Positions 12,241-25,050 of a stretch of 64,000 bases of DNA are shown here, one piece after another. Origin of the DNA: the human T2T-CHM13v2.0 reference genome, Homo sapiens; assembly GCF_009914755.1 (NCBI RefSeq), contig NC_060926.1. One strand, 5' to 3'. Made by a program: the position numbers and the translations under genes. The notes under the pieces were generated by a model. It was not told the DNA's origin and did not search any database. It worked only from the letters and a program-made list of their open reading frames with translations. Numbering within the stretch: the stretch's first letter is position 1; each line of letters starts with the position of its first letter.

Positions 12241-15200
12241 TCCTTGTAACTACACCAACATCTGCTTACGTTGACATACAGAGGTTTTTATTTTTTCTTT
12301 TTTACCAGTTCAGGTTTATGTTGCATTTTCTTCTAGAATTCACTGAAGGATCACTTTAGCAAGTCATTGGGTTTTGCATAACATTTTTATTTGCCACTAA
12401 AAAATGAATTTAAAATAATGAAACTTGCAGGTCTGTACATTAAACATATATCTACTTTTTAACAGAGGAAGAACATTGAAGCCACATAAGATTTTGTGAG
12501 AAATGTGCCATATAACTGCACTTTTTTTTCCTCTGGAAGATTATGAGGTATTGCAGACAGAAATGTTTTTCTTTCAGCACAATTTCTTTGTCCATATAGC
12601 ACCATATGCACTTTCAGTAAATACAGAAGTTTAAAAATTCAACTGTCTAAACCCACGGCTGCTTTACTTTAAAGAAATAAAATGCCATCTGGTGAAATTT
12701 AGTATGGGTTAGGTGTGTATGCACAGGCTAGAAAGATGGAAAGATCAGTAAGAATAATTTACCAGCAGACCTTTGGAAGAATGGAAATGGCTTTACAAGA
12801 GTGGTATTTTTGCTTTCCTCTCAGAATATCTTCTGAGAGAGGAGAACATCTAGTAATTATAAAGATTTAAAAATAAATAAAAAAGCATCTGAAAAGAAAA
12901 GTAAATCTTATGTATAATTTCATTTTGGCTAAATCTACATAATTCCAAAGAAATTGGTCATCTTGACAGATTAGTAAAATGGTTGACTGAATTAAAAAAA
13001 ATACACATACAACAGTTTCTTGGAGTGTTCTGTCTGTTTTAATGCAATTCACTTGGATAGATTTTGTGGTTCCACGTAAACACAGTTGTTAAATCTACTG
13101 TGTCCTTAATTTTTCCACTAATGGTTTTCTTTTTTCGAAGTTTATAATGTTCCCAACCTGATTAAAACACTTCATGGCAACCTTTCTTGGATTGTACATG
13201 AAAGGTAATGGGGAAATGTTACCAAAACATGTTGCTGTTTGCCTTAGTCAACTTCTCTGGCTACCACGGGACACTTTCTCCAGCAAAGAGCAGGACAGTG
13301 GCTTGTGAACTTCCTTTCAGACATTCTCCAGACATCCCTCCCTGAATTCCAGCCTTATGAAAATTCTGTTGAGGAAAATGAGTCATTAGGCACTTACTGG
13401 CAGAGAACTGTATTCCTGGTGGCTGGGGCTGGGCCCTCTCCTTTGCTGTTGGTGGAGTCACCTCTTTACAAAATGAAGTAATCATTAAGAGTAATATCCA
13501 AGGTGTGCTATACACTTGTAGGTATCTCCAAGTGATTGTGAAATCCTCAGATCTCAGATAAAAGCCAGCAGCCAGGTCCTGAATGAACTGTTTCTGTGTA
13601 AGTCCTCTCAGATTGATTGTCTTCTCTGGAACACACCGTGTTCTCAGAAGTTCTGCCCTAGCCTGCCAAAGCCCCAGAGTACACAGGCACTTTTTAGTGG
13701 GTGATTTCCAAGACTTTACATTGTAGAGAGAAACTATAATAAATTATTAGGGTGTAATTAAAAGACCATGCTGAGAGCATGTTAGCTCTAGCAATTAAGA
13801 ATGCACTGACATGTGACTGGTCTGAGCACCACTTAGGATTCTATGACTGTGTGTGGGTGTCCACAAGATACTCATTTAATAGGCTCTATGAAGAGGTTGG
13901 AGTGCTTTAAGATACACTTAAGTTGCCACTATTAGTAAGGGTGGGAAATGATGAGAGTGAAACAATGTCTGTTTAAGTTTTTTTGTTTTTTCCTTGGAAG
14001 GTTGGGTGAGTCAAGCTGTAACTTCTGGAAAATTCTTACTAGTTTGAACTGTTTTAAGAAAAATGAGACTGACTGCAGAAATAAAGATGTCGAGTTTTTC
14101 CATCTGAATTCATGGTTTAGGGAGGTATTGTTTTTATAAAGTCACACATGTTCATTCGTTTGAGATAATGTGAATGTATTCTAATTTTCATCCAGACAAG
14201 AACTCTCATAAAATTTGGATTTTTAAAATATTGTAATATCTTTATTAGCTTTTTTTAATTTTGGAATCAAAATGAAAATACTTTTGTCAACTTTTAAAAA
14301 ACATTTACGAAACTGACTCTTATTCCTACTTTATACAATTAGTTAACACCCCATCAACATTTTTGTTGAGAAAACAAAAATGAATCAGACACAGTCTGTG
14401 CCCTTAAGGAACTTACATTCTAGTATAAGTATGGCAGGTATGTTCTTAATGTTCTTACATACTTGTTTCCTTTTGCTTCCTAAAGCTCTTGTTCAGAAAT
14501 AGCCTGAAGCTGAGTTTGTGTTCTGTAGAAAGAGTGTTCTCACTGGTTGGTGATTTCTTCATGGACCTGGGAAGAGGACTGGAAAGGGCACATACCACAT
14601 GCATGTCATCCTTAGTTCAACCTTTGTTAGTTCTAACCTTTGTTAGTACTGAGACTTTTCTCAGAAAGCAACTCTGGGTCTATTAAAATGCTGCAAAACC
14701 AGAAAGGATGATGATTTGTCATGTAAAAATGTAAGGGCAGCAATTAGGAGAGTAGAGGCTCATCAACTGAGTTCTTTCCAGAGAGGGACCTTGTAAGGCT
14801 GACTTTGGAATATGACTGCATTCTGGTAAGCCCACTGGATAAGTGAGCTATAACATAAATCCTTAGGTTATAAGGAGGAGAGCTTACTAGAACTATTTAT
14901 TAGTAGCCAATGTTTACCTGCCAAAAATGATTTTAATTTATATGTTTTCCCAGAAAACACATCCAGCTATGTATTTCTAGAGTCTGAAGGTAAGACCATG
15001 CTGAGAGCATAAGGATGTTATCTTTTTATTTTATGGTGGGGAGATGAAAGAGAGATGTGTTTATTAACCAAAAGCCATGACAAATTATTTAAGGACAAGT
15101 TACAAGGGGAATAAGGATACAAGTGCAGTAAACATAAGCCTGATTTTATACTCTTTAAAGTAAAAATTTGCTTCTAGAGAGCCTAACAGCTCCTAACATC

Positions 15201-17296
15201 CTACCCATTTGATTCCTCAGATTCAATAAACATTTATTGTTTACTGTTATCTACAAAGTGATTTTAATGCATTATTTCATCTGATCCATACCAAAACTCA
15301 TTTTGATGATTAGGAAACAGCCTAGAAAAACTGGATAACTTGCCCAAGATTTTAACAGGACCCAGTGTTACCACCTTACATTGCTTCTTTGTGATACTTC
15401 CTAAAGTTTTATTCCAAAGTGATAAATTTTTTTTAAAATTATAATTGACATTTCACTGATTTGCTGTTGGGGGACACTTAAGGTTGTGAGGGTAAAATAA
15501 TTAAGGCTAAAATATTAATGATGTTCACATCCTCAAAGTACTTTGTTACACATATCTCAAAAGAACACAATTTCACTCTACAAGGACTGTGTTCAAAATA
15601 TTAATTTGTTTACAGTTTTTTTTTAATCGGGGTCTATTAATCCGATGATTATTTATATAGTGCCTGGGTTAAAAGCTCTTCCTCCAGGGACTTGCTTAAA
15701 TGAAAGGATTCAACAAAATACCCATCGTCAAAGAGATTTTTGAGTTCCAAGCTAGAAAGAGTCCTGAGGTCTTCAAAGCTCAAAATAACTATCACATAGT
15801 TATAGATCTGGAAGAAGTGGCATAATATAGCATCAGTGGGAAATGATATAGCTCAAACTATTTTTTGAATCTGATCTCTTTTCTAAAACCACAATTGTTA
15901 CATAAGGAAGAATATAAAGCCACATGCCTCCTAGTTTGTAATTGGCATCTACTACCTTCATAAATGTTATAATTAGATGTCAGTGTTTCATTATCCTATC
16001 ATAATTAGGGCAAGTGCTCCTTGGAGACCCAAAGGGTTAACTATCAAAATGGGGTTAGAAAAGAAACAGAACAGAGACACAACCCATTTCTTTGAGTGCT
16101 GAGGACACAAAGACTCAGAAGATAAATCAGTGCTTCATTGTCATTTAAATAGGGAAATACTACATCTTTTTAGAAGTGGTTAACCAACAAGAAGACTGTT
16201 TAAATAGTATAAATAGAATGTGTAAGCACCTATAGACTAACATAACTTGTTAACACATATTGTTTTTTCACTAGCATTTTTAGATTAGAGAATATTACTA
16301 CTACTAGTTCATGTCTATTGAATACTCTTATTGATCATGACGTTTTTTTCTCAGCACTTGCACGTGCTATCTCCTTTTATCCCCAGAACATTCGTACTAT
16401 TATTATCCTCATTTTACAGATGAGGACATGGATGCACACAAAATCTAAATAACTTCCCCAAAGTCCCATAACTTTTGAGTGGTAGGGATGGGATAAACCC
16501 AGATAGTCTTACATTATAACACAATTTGACCTATGTTTAGGGCTCTCAGAGGAGGGTATATATTGGCACAGTGATTGGCATGTGTGATCCAGCTGGAACT
16601 AGGAGGAGTTGAAGATGGAAGGAAAAAATACATGGGCTAAAAAACTGGACATTTTGATGAGTTCAAAGTATGAGTCCTAGTAGTAACTAGTAATAAGGTG
16701 GGAAATAAAAGAGGTTTTTACCAGATAGCAGCAGGTTGTATTTAAGATTTCAGTTCAAGTTACAACGAGGCCTAAGGTATGGTCACAGAAGTAAGTAGCT
16801 GAGATAGAAGAAAGAAGTGAAGGTCCTTAGAGATATAGTTGGCAAAGCAGTGAGAGGCTAAGATATCCTTTGGGATGTTCATCTGGGAACTTAATTCACC
16901 TCAAATTATGGCAATAATTAAGGGCAGCAGATAAATGCCTTGAGTTATATCCCCAATTCTTTATAAAACAGATGGAGAGATTTCCAGTTTAAGATGCCAT
17001 ACTGAACATATACACTGATCTCTTTGCCTTTGGAAACTCCATTAAGCTGATTGTAAAGGAGGAAAAGGATTCTCACATGACAATGAAGAGACTGAAGAAG
17101 TATCATCAATGGATAAAGCAGAATAGAAATAGCAGCCGCCTGGACCATACCTAGAAAGGAATCATTTTGCCTGGCAGAAGCATGAAACAGTTCCATATTT
17201 GAGATGGCATTTACCACTGAGGGTAAGAAAGGGAGATGGGGCTGAAAAAAGAGAACTGGTTGGAAATCCATACATGGACTCTTCACCTCTGGGTGC

Positions 17297-17324
<28 letters not shown>
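17297..17324 (+). repeat. Poly(A)28 mononucleotide run
   Basis: Direct count. Confidence 0.95.
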
Positions 17325-17328
<4 letters not shown>

Positions 17329-17729
17329 CAACTAAGCATTTATCCTAGGAGCATGTATGGGAGTCAGTGCATCAAAGTCAATCCAGTCCTCCAGTTTAAT
17401 GGCTTTCTGACCTTTATCCTTAAACCCACCAACTGTATACCGGGATCTCTCCAGTCTCACCTCATTCTTAATCTGCAACAAAAATAAGAATCAGTAGACA
17501 AGAATAATATTTTTAAAAAAGAAAAAAGAAAAAGAATCAAAACCCCAAAACATGAAAGAAAAAACAATTTTTTAAGCAAGATGAATAAATTTTGAAAATG
17601 ACCATAGAGATAATTCTGGGAACAGAAGCCTTTTAAAAACTTTGAATTAGCATTCTCAGTGAGATTCAACAAGATACTGCCACAATTTGGAGACCAAGTT
17701 TAAAAAATGTAACATTCAAAAAAACTTTC

Positions 17730-18210
17730 TGTGATAGATAAGTTTATGTGTCAACTTGCTGGGATAAGGAATGCCCAGATAGTGGGTAAAACATTATTTC
17801 TGAGTTTATCTTTGAGGGTGTTCCTCGAAGAAATTAGCATTTGAATCAGTATTGAGCAAAGAAGATCAGTCCTTATCAATGTGGGTGGAAATCACCCAAT
17901 CTATTGAAGGTCTAGATAGAACAAATGGGCAAAGGAAAGATGATTCTCTCTCTCTTCTTGAGCTGGAACATCTGTCTTGTCCTGCCCTAGGATCCTGGTT
18001 CTCAGACCTTCTGACTCTGAAACTTACACCAGGGCCCTTCCCCATTTTTAACCTCTATAATTGCATAAGCCAACCCATAATAAGTCTCCTCTTATCTACC
18101 TATCTAACATCTATCTATCTATCATCTATCTATCTATCTATCTATCTATCTACCTACCTACCTGTCTATCTCCCATTAGTTCTTTTCTCTGAAGAACCTT
18201 GATGAATATG
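17730..18210 (+). mobile_element. MLT2-like (ERVL) solo LTR containing a (TCTA)n/(CCTA)n microsatellite at ~18093-18170
   Basis: Begins tgtgat...tttatgtgtcaactt and ends ...ctctgaagaacc..aata, typical of MLT2 (recall). Confidence 0.7.
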
Positions 18211-19689
18211 CTCTAATGTATTGAAAATATGATCACCAAAATTTATTTAAATCAAAATAGGTTTTGTGAAATAAAATTGAGGAAGCCTCTCAGAACAGAA
18301 AGGCAAAGTTGGATAATATAATGGAAAGTTAAGAGACATAACATATAAACTCAGGAAGTTTGAGGAATAAAGGGCAGAGAAGGCAGAGGGGAAGAGGTTC
18401 TTACAGAATGAATGCAAGGGAATTTCCCCAAACTGTAAAAGAAAATACATTTTTCAGGGCCCACAAAATGTCCAGCACAAAATATGAGAAAAGACTTTTA
18501 CCTAAACACATAATTGTGAAATTCTATAATATTGATTATAAAGATAAATTTTATATTCTTCCTTAGGAAAAAAAAAGTATCATGTGAAAGAAGCAAGAAT
18601 TGGACTGACCACACACTTGTCATTGCCAATCAGATGCTGCAAAACAATGGATCTGTTTTTCAGAGTTCTGAAATAAAATGCTAATCAAACTAGAATCTGC
18701 TTAGCTAAGACACTGCCAAATATGAAGACCAAATAAAAGATTTTCAGATGTGTCATAATTCAGAGTTTATACTCCAAGCATTCTTTTGTAGAAAGGAACT
18801 CAAGGGTGTATTTCAGCAAAATAAAGAAGTAAAGTACTAGAGCCATCACTCAGAGAGCAAATGACCAGACCAGATGCTAACAACAAACATTGTGTGACTT
18901 CCTATCTCCAGCCACTTCTGAAGTCAGATCTATTTTCTTGAGTAAGTAATTTTTTTCCAAGTTTGGGTTGTTTTTCATACCATTTGGAACCAAGAGTTCT
19001 GGTAGTCACAATAATGTTTGGAGATACTAGATGGACTGTAAAAGCAGAATCTCTATGTACGTTCTCCGCTGAACAGCACGGGAATTGGTGCCACAGAGAA
19101 AGAAATGTGATCCTACCAAACCAGTTAGCTCAAGAGCAATGCTTAGGTAGCCATAGCAATTTAAACTGTTTATTGATTTAAAATTTTTAGAAGTCACTGA
19201 GACCTTTATAGTCAGAGAAATTGTCAACCTTGACAAGTATAAAGGTAAATGTACATGTAACCAAAGTCGGGAAGTGAAAGAGAGTGAAGAAAGGTAGGTA
19301 AGGTAGACAGAGGGCAGGAAAGCCCATGTCCTCATCTCCCAAAGCAGGTAGTGAAGAGATCTGCCCTGTGAAGACCAGAATAAGAATTGGAGGTACACTT
19401 AACAGTCCCTGCCATGTCATCAACAAATGGTGTTGAGAACACATTGTAGGAAGGGAAATGCTTACATTCATAGAAATACAGAAGCCATATGATTTTTAAA
19501 TATCATTTCAGAAGTTCAAAAATAAGTCTACAAACTCATGTGATGGATATTAGGTCTATTCCTAAGTAGTCTCATACTATAGATGGAATTTGTGCTTGGC
19601 GTCTTTTTCCCTTTTTAGGAACATTTGGTCCACAGTGCAGTTCAAAAAAAAAAAAAAATGGGTAAAGGACCAAAGCAGGCAGTTCATGC

Positions 19690-20260
19690 AGGCAAACCCA
19701 CACATTCACAAAAGGTGAAAATATAAAAATAAAAATGTTAAATATTACCAGGAATCAAAGAAATGCAAAATAAAATATCAAAATAGGATCATTTTAATTT
19801 GGATTATCAGAGATTAAAAAGATTGGAGAACCACACTGGTAGCAAGGCTGTAGAGAAGTTGGCACTTTCATAATCAGCTGGTGGTAGAAGAAGGACTGAA
19901 AACTTTCTGGAGGGAAGTTTACGAGTAAATGTCAAAATTATGCATATTTTTTGGTATAGCAAATCTAACTCTAGGAATGTACTTTAAGGTTAACATTGGA
20001 TAAATGTACAAAGATGCAAGTTCAAGAATACTTTTTGAAACTTTGTTTACAATATCCAGAAATTAAAACTATTTAAGAATTCATCCAGACAAAATTAGAT
20101 AAATAAATTATGTAACACATAAAAATGAATGGTGCAGGTCTAAATTGGTTGACATGGAAAATGTCTACAATCTGTTGCTTAGTATATATAATACGACTTT
20201 ATTTTTGTGGAGGGGAAGAAGGAAATGTTTATGTAGCTGTGTACATAGTGAAAACTCTGG
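19690..20260 (+). mobile_element. Ancient L1M 3' fragment
   Basis: Degenerate L1 motifs (aatcaaagaaatgcaaaataaa; gctggtgg...; ctctaggaat). Confidence 0.55.
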
Positions 20261-23164
20261 AAATACATGTCTCAGAGCCATGAGTACCAAGGTGGGGCTT
20301 GGTGCCATGGTCTGCCCTGGAAGCAGATAAAAAAAGCGGTGCAATGTCTACGGTATATTTGTAAATAGTAGTAATTCTCACTAAAAGTTGGTCTTCTCTT
20401 TATTATCACCATGTCCAGAAAATCTAAACTATTTTCAAGATAGAACATTTTTTCCTGCTGAGGCAGATGACTCTACTCCTACCATACCCCTTCCTTGGTG
20501 TGCTATTCCATCAGAGGTAAAAAATATGGTATCCCAGTGAGAAAATAAAATTAGGTGAGAGGGCCAGCTAATCAAGAAAGTTATAGAACATATTTCTTTG
20601 TGTAAGTAAAAAATATCAGGGTCAAGTATAGGACCTTCCAGTCCTTGCCTGGTCTCCGCTGTGGACTTCCTGGACTCCGTGTCCTCTAGTTTGGCCGCTG
20701 GCCCATCAGAGGGAGCCATGCCACAAATGCAGCCTTTTTCTTTCATGAGCTTGAATGATTTTTTTTAAAGTCTTATTCCCATGGCAAGTTTGAATTTTAA
20801 AAGAGAATCACTAAAAATGCCATGCTTTAATCTAAAGTAATGAATATCTTAACGGTGGTGAATTTAGGCAGCATGGCTGGCTGATGGGAAAGTTATGTAA
20901 CTATTTCAGGAAGTAGATTTTAAGGCAGTAAAGAGACTAGGAAAGGAGAAGACAGAAATTTGTGTAGCATATCTTACATCATATCGTCATATCATACTGT
21001 TACAATGTGTAAGGCCAGGCCTCAGGTTTTCCAGATATAAATCAGATGCTATCATGAAAAAATTAACTGGCCCTGACTCAAGGTCTGTGTAGTTTTAAGC
21101 CCATGCATACATAATGTTTCTTATGTGTCTGGTAGAAGGCACTGGGAAAGAAAAAGAGAATGATAGGAACATAAGATTTATGGATGAAAAAATAATAAAG
21201 ACATTACCAAAATGGGCTAAGTCCTTGCTCAAATGTTACCTTCTAAATTAGGCCCAATTCCCCATTTAAAATCAGCTCCCCTTAGCTTCCCATTTTTCTG
21301 ATCTTACTTTCTTCCCCCCCATAGATCTTACCACCATCCAACATCTTAAAACATTTATTATTTTTATTGCTTATTGCCTCTTTTCCCTGCATGGAGCTCC
21401 ATGAGGGCAAGTACTTTTGTTTGTTTTGCTCATATATCCCAAGAGCTGAGGAACAATGCTTGGCATAAAATAAGTATTTAATCAATATCGTTGCCTGAAT
21501 GAATTAATGAATGAATGACAGAGAGGATACGGAGCTGTCCTGCGGCCCTCCATGGCCCAGGCTAGACAACACCAAGAGGGAGCACTTCCAGGTGTTACCA
21601 GGAAAGGGTCAAGCTCCTTTTTTTTATTAAACAATTAGACGTTAACTATTGTTATCTAAAAATGGGCATTTAATCCTTGTGCTACTGCTTCAGGGTGCCT
21701 TTCAAGATAAATTGTAGGTTTTAAAAAAATTGTAATGTGGAGAATTAGTAATAGGAGAGTTTACTGCAGCTATTCAGTTATTTTTCCTGAGAACTGAGGA
21801 AAGATTACCAGCTATTTATGAGAAGTATCTGTTTTATGGATTAGTAAATTGAGAATTAGTTGAACTCCATGTCTACTTCCTTTTGACATTTTAATTAGTG
21901 AAATTTGAATGAATGCATTATCTAATAATACTGTGTTCCACTGTGATTCTTTTCAGCAATTGTAATTTTTATAAAAATATATAATAGTACTAGAATACTA
22001 TAATTAATTATAAGAACAATCATTTGATTAAATTCTGGAAATGCTAGAAATCTCGAAAAATCCTTGTGAGGTTCATGTGCCAAAACTGTGGGACTCTTTT
22101 TTTATAACAAGTGATTTACCATGCTTTTGGGGGATGACTTGGTATAACATCAATTTTAGTGGCAATGCTAAGCTGATGTAGACAAGGAGTTGTCTGGGGG
22201 CCTCTGAGCTCTGCAAAGCCTTTGGGGCCATCTGGACCATCAGGCTGCTGAGGGATTGCGCTTTCCCTCCAATTGGCACAAACTCTGATGCAGCAAGTTC
22301 TCCCTTTCATGCTGCCTCCTCCTCCAGACTCATCCTCTGGAAGAAAGCGTCACAGGGGAGGGAGTTGTGAAGAAGGATGGAGGAAGCAGTAGGCAGGAGA
22401 AAGGAAAGCCGGGGAAGGTGGACTCTGTGGAACTGCACAATCTGTTCAGGCATTAATTTACTGTCCTATTATGTGACTGCCACTACCATGGGCAGGACTT
22501 TGTGTAGCAGACAAGCCCAAGTTTTAAGACAAAGAGTATTTGATCTCCCCACACCCCATCTTTTAAAGCGTTAAAAGACTACTAGTCTGGACTAGACTAC
22601 CAGTCTAAGGCAGTGAAGAGAGTGTTCTGGGAAAGCAGAGACCCACAGACACCAGCATGGGGTCATAAATATAAAGCCTAGAAGGGTGGAATTTCCCTGA
22701 GGAAGAAGAAAGAAAATGAAGGCAATGATTGCATTAGAAGATGAAGCTACTAATGTCAATGGCAGAACTGCTCAGCATCTCTACCCATGCAGATCAGCCC
22801 TGGAGAGTCAGGAAAAGTAAAGACAAGACAGTATTCTAATGGTGTCAATACATGTATGGGCTACCATATTGTGCCATTGATATCTTTTTCATTTGGGGTT
22901 ATGTTTCTCATGTTTTGACCAATGCAGTTGCTGAACCTGAGTTTTGACTATACCCTTTACTCAGTTGTCACTTTGATCTTTGGGAAAAATATAGGAAAAG
23001 AAAGGCAATGGGAGTGAACAGACATGAAGAGCCAGAGGGTCAGAGTACGTCCTAGCCTTGCTCGCATGTGGGGAAGTATAAGACACAAAAATGAATCAGA
23101 GCCTTGTTCTGCTTTTCCTCCCTTACTTCAAACACTGCTAATGATTTTGCCTTGGTAAAAAAGA

Positions 23165-23998
23165 GACTACTTTATATTCTCTTTTAAACTGAGTTCCCTG
23201 GAAACAGATTTTGAGATGAAGAGATGCAAACAGAGTCAGCTTATTTTTTTGGAAGGAGTAAGGGGGAGTTGCTCTTACAAGAGACACCTGTAGGAAAGTG
23301 AAGGAAACAGCATGGGGCAGAGTGAAATGCTGAACTGCAGTACAGTGTCAAAGGAGGCCTCAGCCAGCCCTTCAGAGACTTCAGGATTTGGACTGTCCCT
23401 TCAGAGTTGTCTCAAGTGGAGTAAATGAAACAGACTTATGCCCCTCATCAGTCATTATTTGGCTTCAGGCTACCCTCCAGAGGGCATAGCCTGAGAGGAA
23501 ATAGTTCCCCACAGCCTAGGACAATACTCGTTAAGAGAGGCAGCTGTGAGCTGTCAGCAGCCATATTCATAGCCCCAGGAAGGTGAGTACCTTGGCCCTG
23601 AAGAGGGAATCTTCACAAAGAATCTGTTTTGGTCCATTCCTCTGCTATAACAAAATACCTAAGACTGGGTAATTTATAAACAATAGCAATTTATTTCTCA
23701 CAGTTCCAAAGGATGCAAAGTCCAAGATTAAAGCACTGGCATTTGGGTGTCTGGTGAGGGCCTTCTTGCTGTGTCTTCATATGACAAAGAGTGGAAGGGC
23801 GAAAGGAGCCTAATAGCTGACTCCCGTAAGCCTTTTTATAAGGGCACTAATTCCACACATGAGGACAGAGCCCTCATAGTCTGATAACCTCCTACAGACC
23901 CTTCTTAATACTATCACATTGGGTCTTAGGTTCCAACATGTGAATCTTTAGGGGACACACACTTTCAAACCATAGCAGGACCACAGTGTCCATTACGT
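23165..23998. mobile_element. Nested MaLR LTRs: MST/MLT1A-like element (~23625-23977) inside an older MLT1
   Basis: The inner element shows ctgctataacaaaatacctaagactgggtaatttataaa...caaaccatagca. The flanks show MLT1-type text. Confidence 0.65.
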
Positions 23999-24177
23999 GG
24001 TCTTATAATTAATTGTTTTATGATACAAAGATGGGCGCAACCAGAAAGAGAAGACTTCAAAGAGTTAAGAGAAAAATAAGGGACTTTAAAGCCAGGTAAT
24101 AACCCTCAAGAAGAAAACTGGGACTTCATATTTAAACAAACTGTGTCTATGTCTTTCTTAAAAAAATGAAATGTCTA

Positions 24178-24489
24178 GAACACTATCTGGTACAGTAGCC
24201 ACTAGCCACATGTATCTATTGAGCACTTGAAATGTGGCATGTCCAAATTGAGATGTGCTATAAGAGTAAAATAGCACATCACAACAATTTTTAAAGACTT
24301 AGTAGGAAAAAAATTTGAACTATCTTATTAATAATTTTATATTGGTAGCATGTCTATAATATTTTGACTATATTGAATTGAGTTATTAAATTTAATTTTA
24401 CCTACTTCTTGTGACTTTTTAAAATGTAGCTATTAAAAATTTTTAAATTAGTTGTGTGTATCTCACTATAGTTTTATTGGACAGAGCTG
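24178..24489. mobile_element. MER33-like hAT-Charlie DNA transposon
   Basis: gtagccactagccacatgt...gagcacttgaaatgtggc and terminal ttattggacagagctg. Confidence 0.75.
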
Positions 24490-24667
24490 GTCCAGGATAA
24501 TCTTAAAGTCTGATAAAGTTGTTATCTCAGGCCACAGACTATAGCAGAGTAGAAATGGAAAAAACAACATAATGGACATTCTCGTTATGCAACATTCTCA
24601 GTAACACATTTCCCTGGCCTTTCTAAATTGGTAACCTTTTGGGCTCCTCATTTAGCTATTGAGAGGC

Positions 24668-25050
24668 TGTATTAGCTCAGGCTGCCATGCAAAATGCCAA
24701 AGACTGGGTGGCCTGAACAACAGAAATTAATTTTCTCCTCACAGTTCTGGAGGCTGTAAGTCTGAGATCAGGGTGTCAGCATGGTCAGGTTCTGGTGAGG
24801 GCTCTCTTCCTGGCCTGCAGACAGCCACCTTCCTACTATATAATCACAAGGTAGAGGGGTGGGGGAGTGGGAGGAGCTCTCTGGTTTCTTCTTCTGCAAG
24901 GGCACTAATCCCATCAAAAGGGCCACACCTCATTACCTCATCTAAACCTAATTAACTCTCAAAGGACCCATCTCCAAATACCATCACAGTGGGAGTTAAG
25001 ACTTCAATATACAAATTTGGAGTTCATAAAAAAAATTCAGTTCAAAACAG
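24668..25050. mobile_element. MLT1 (MaLR) solo LTR
   Basis: tgtattag...ctcacagttctggaggctg...ttctggtgagggc...ttcagttc..aaca. Confidence 0.75.

Noticed and set aside
14374-23100. 16-bp match ACAAAAATGAATCAGA at 14374 and 23085
   Set aside because: A-rich and probably from independent L2 remnants; within chance expectation.
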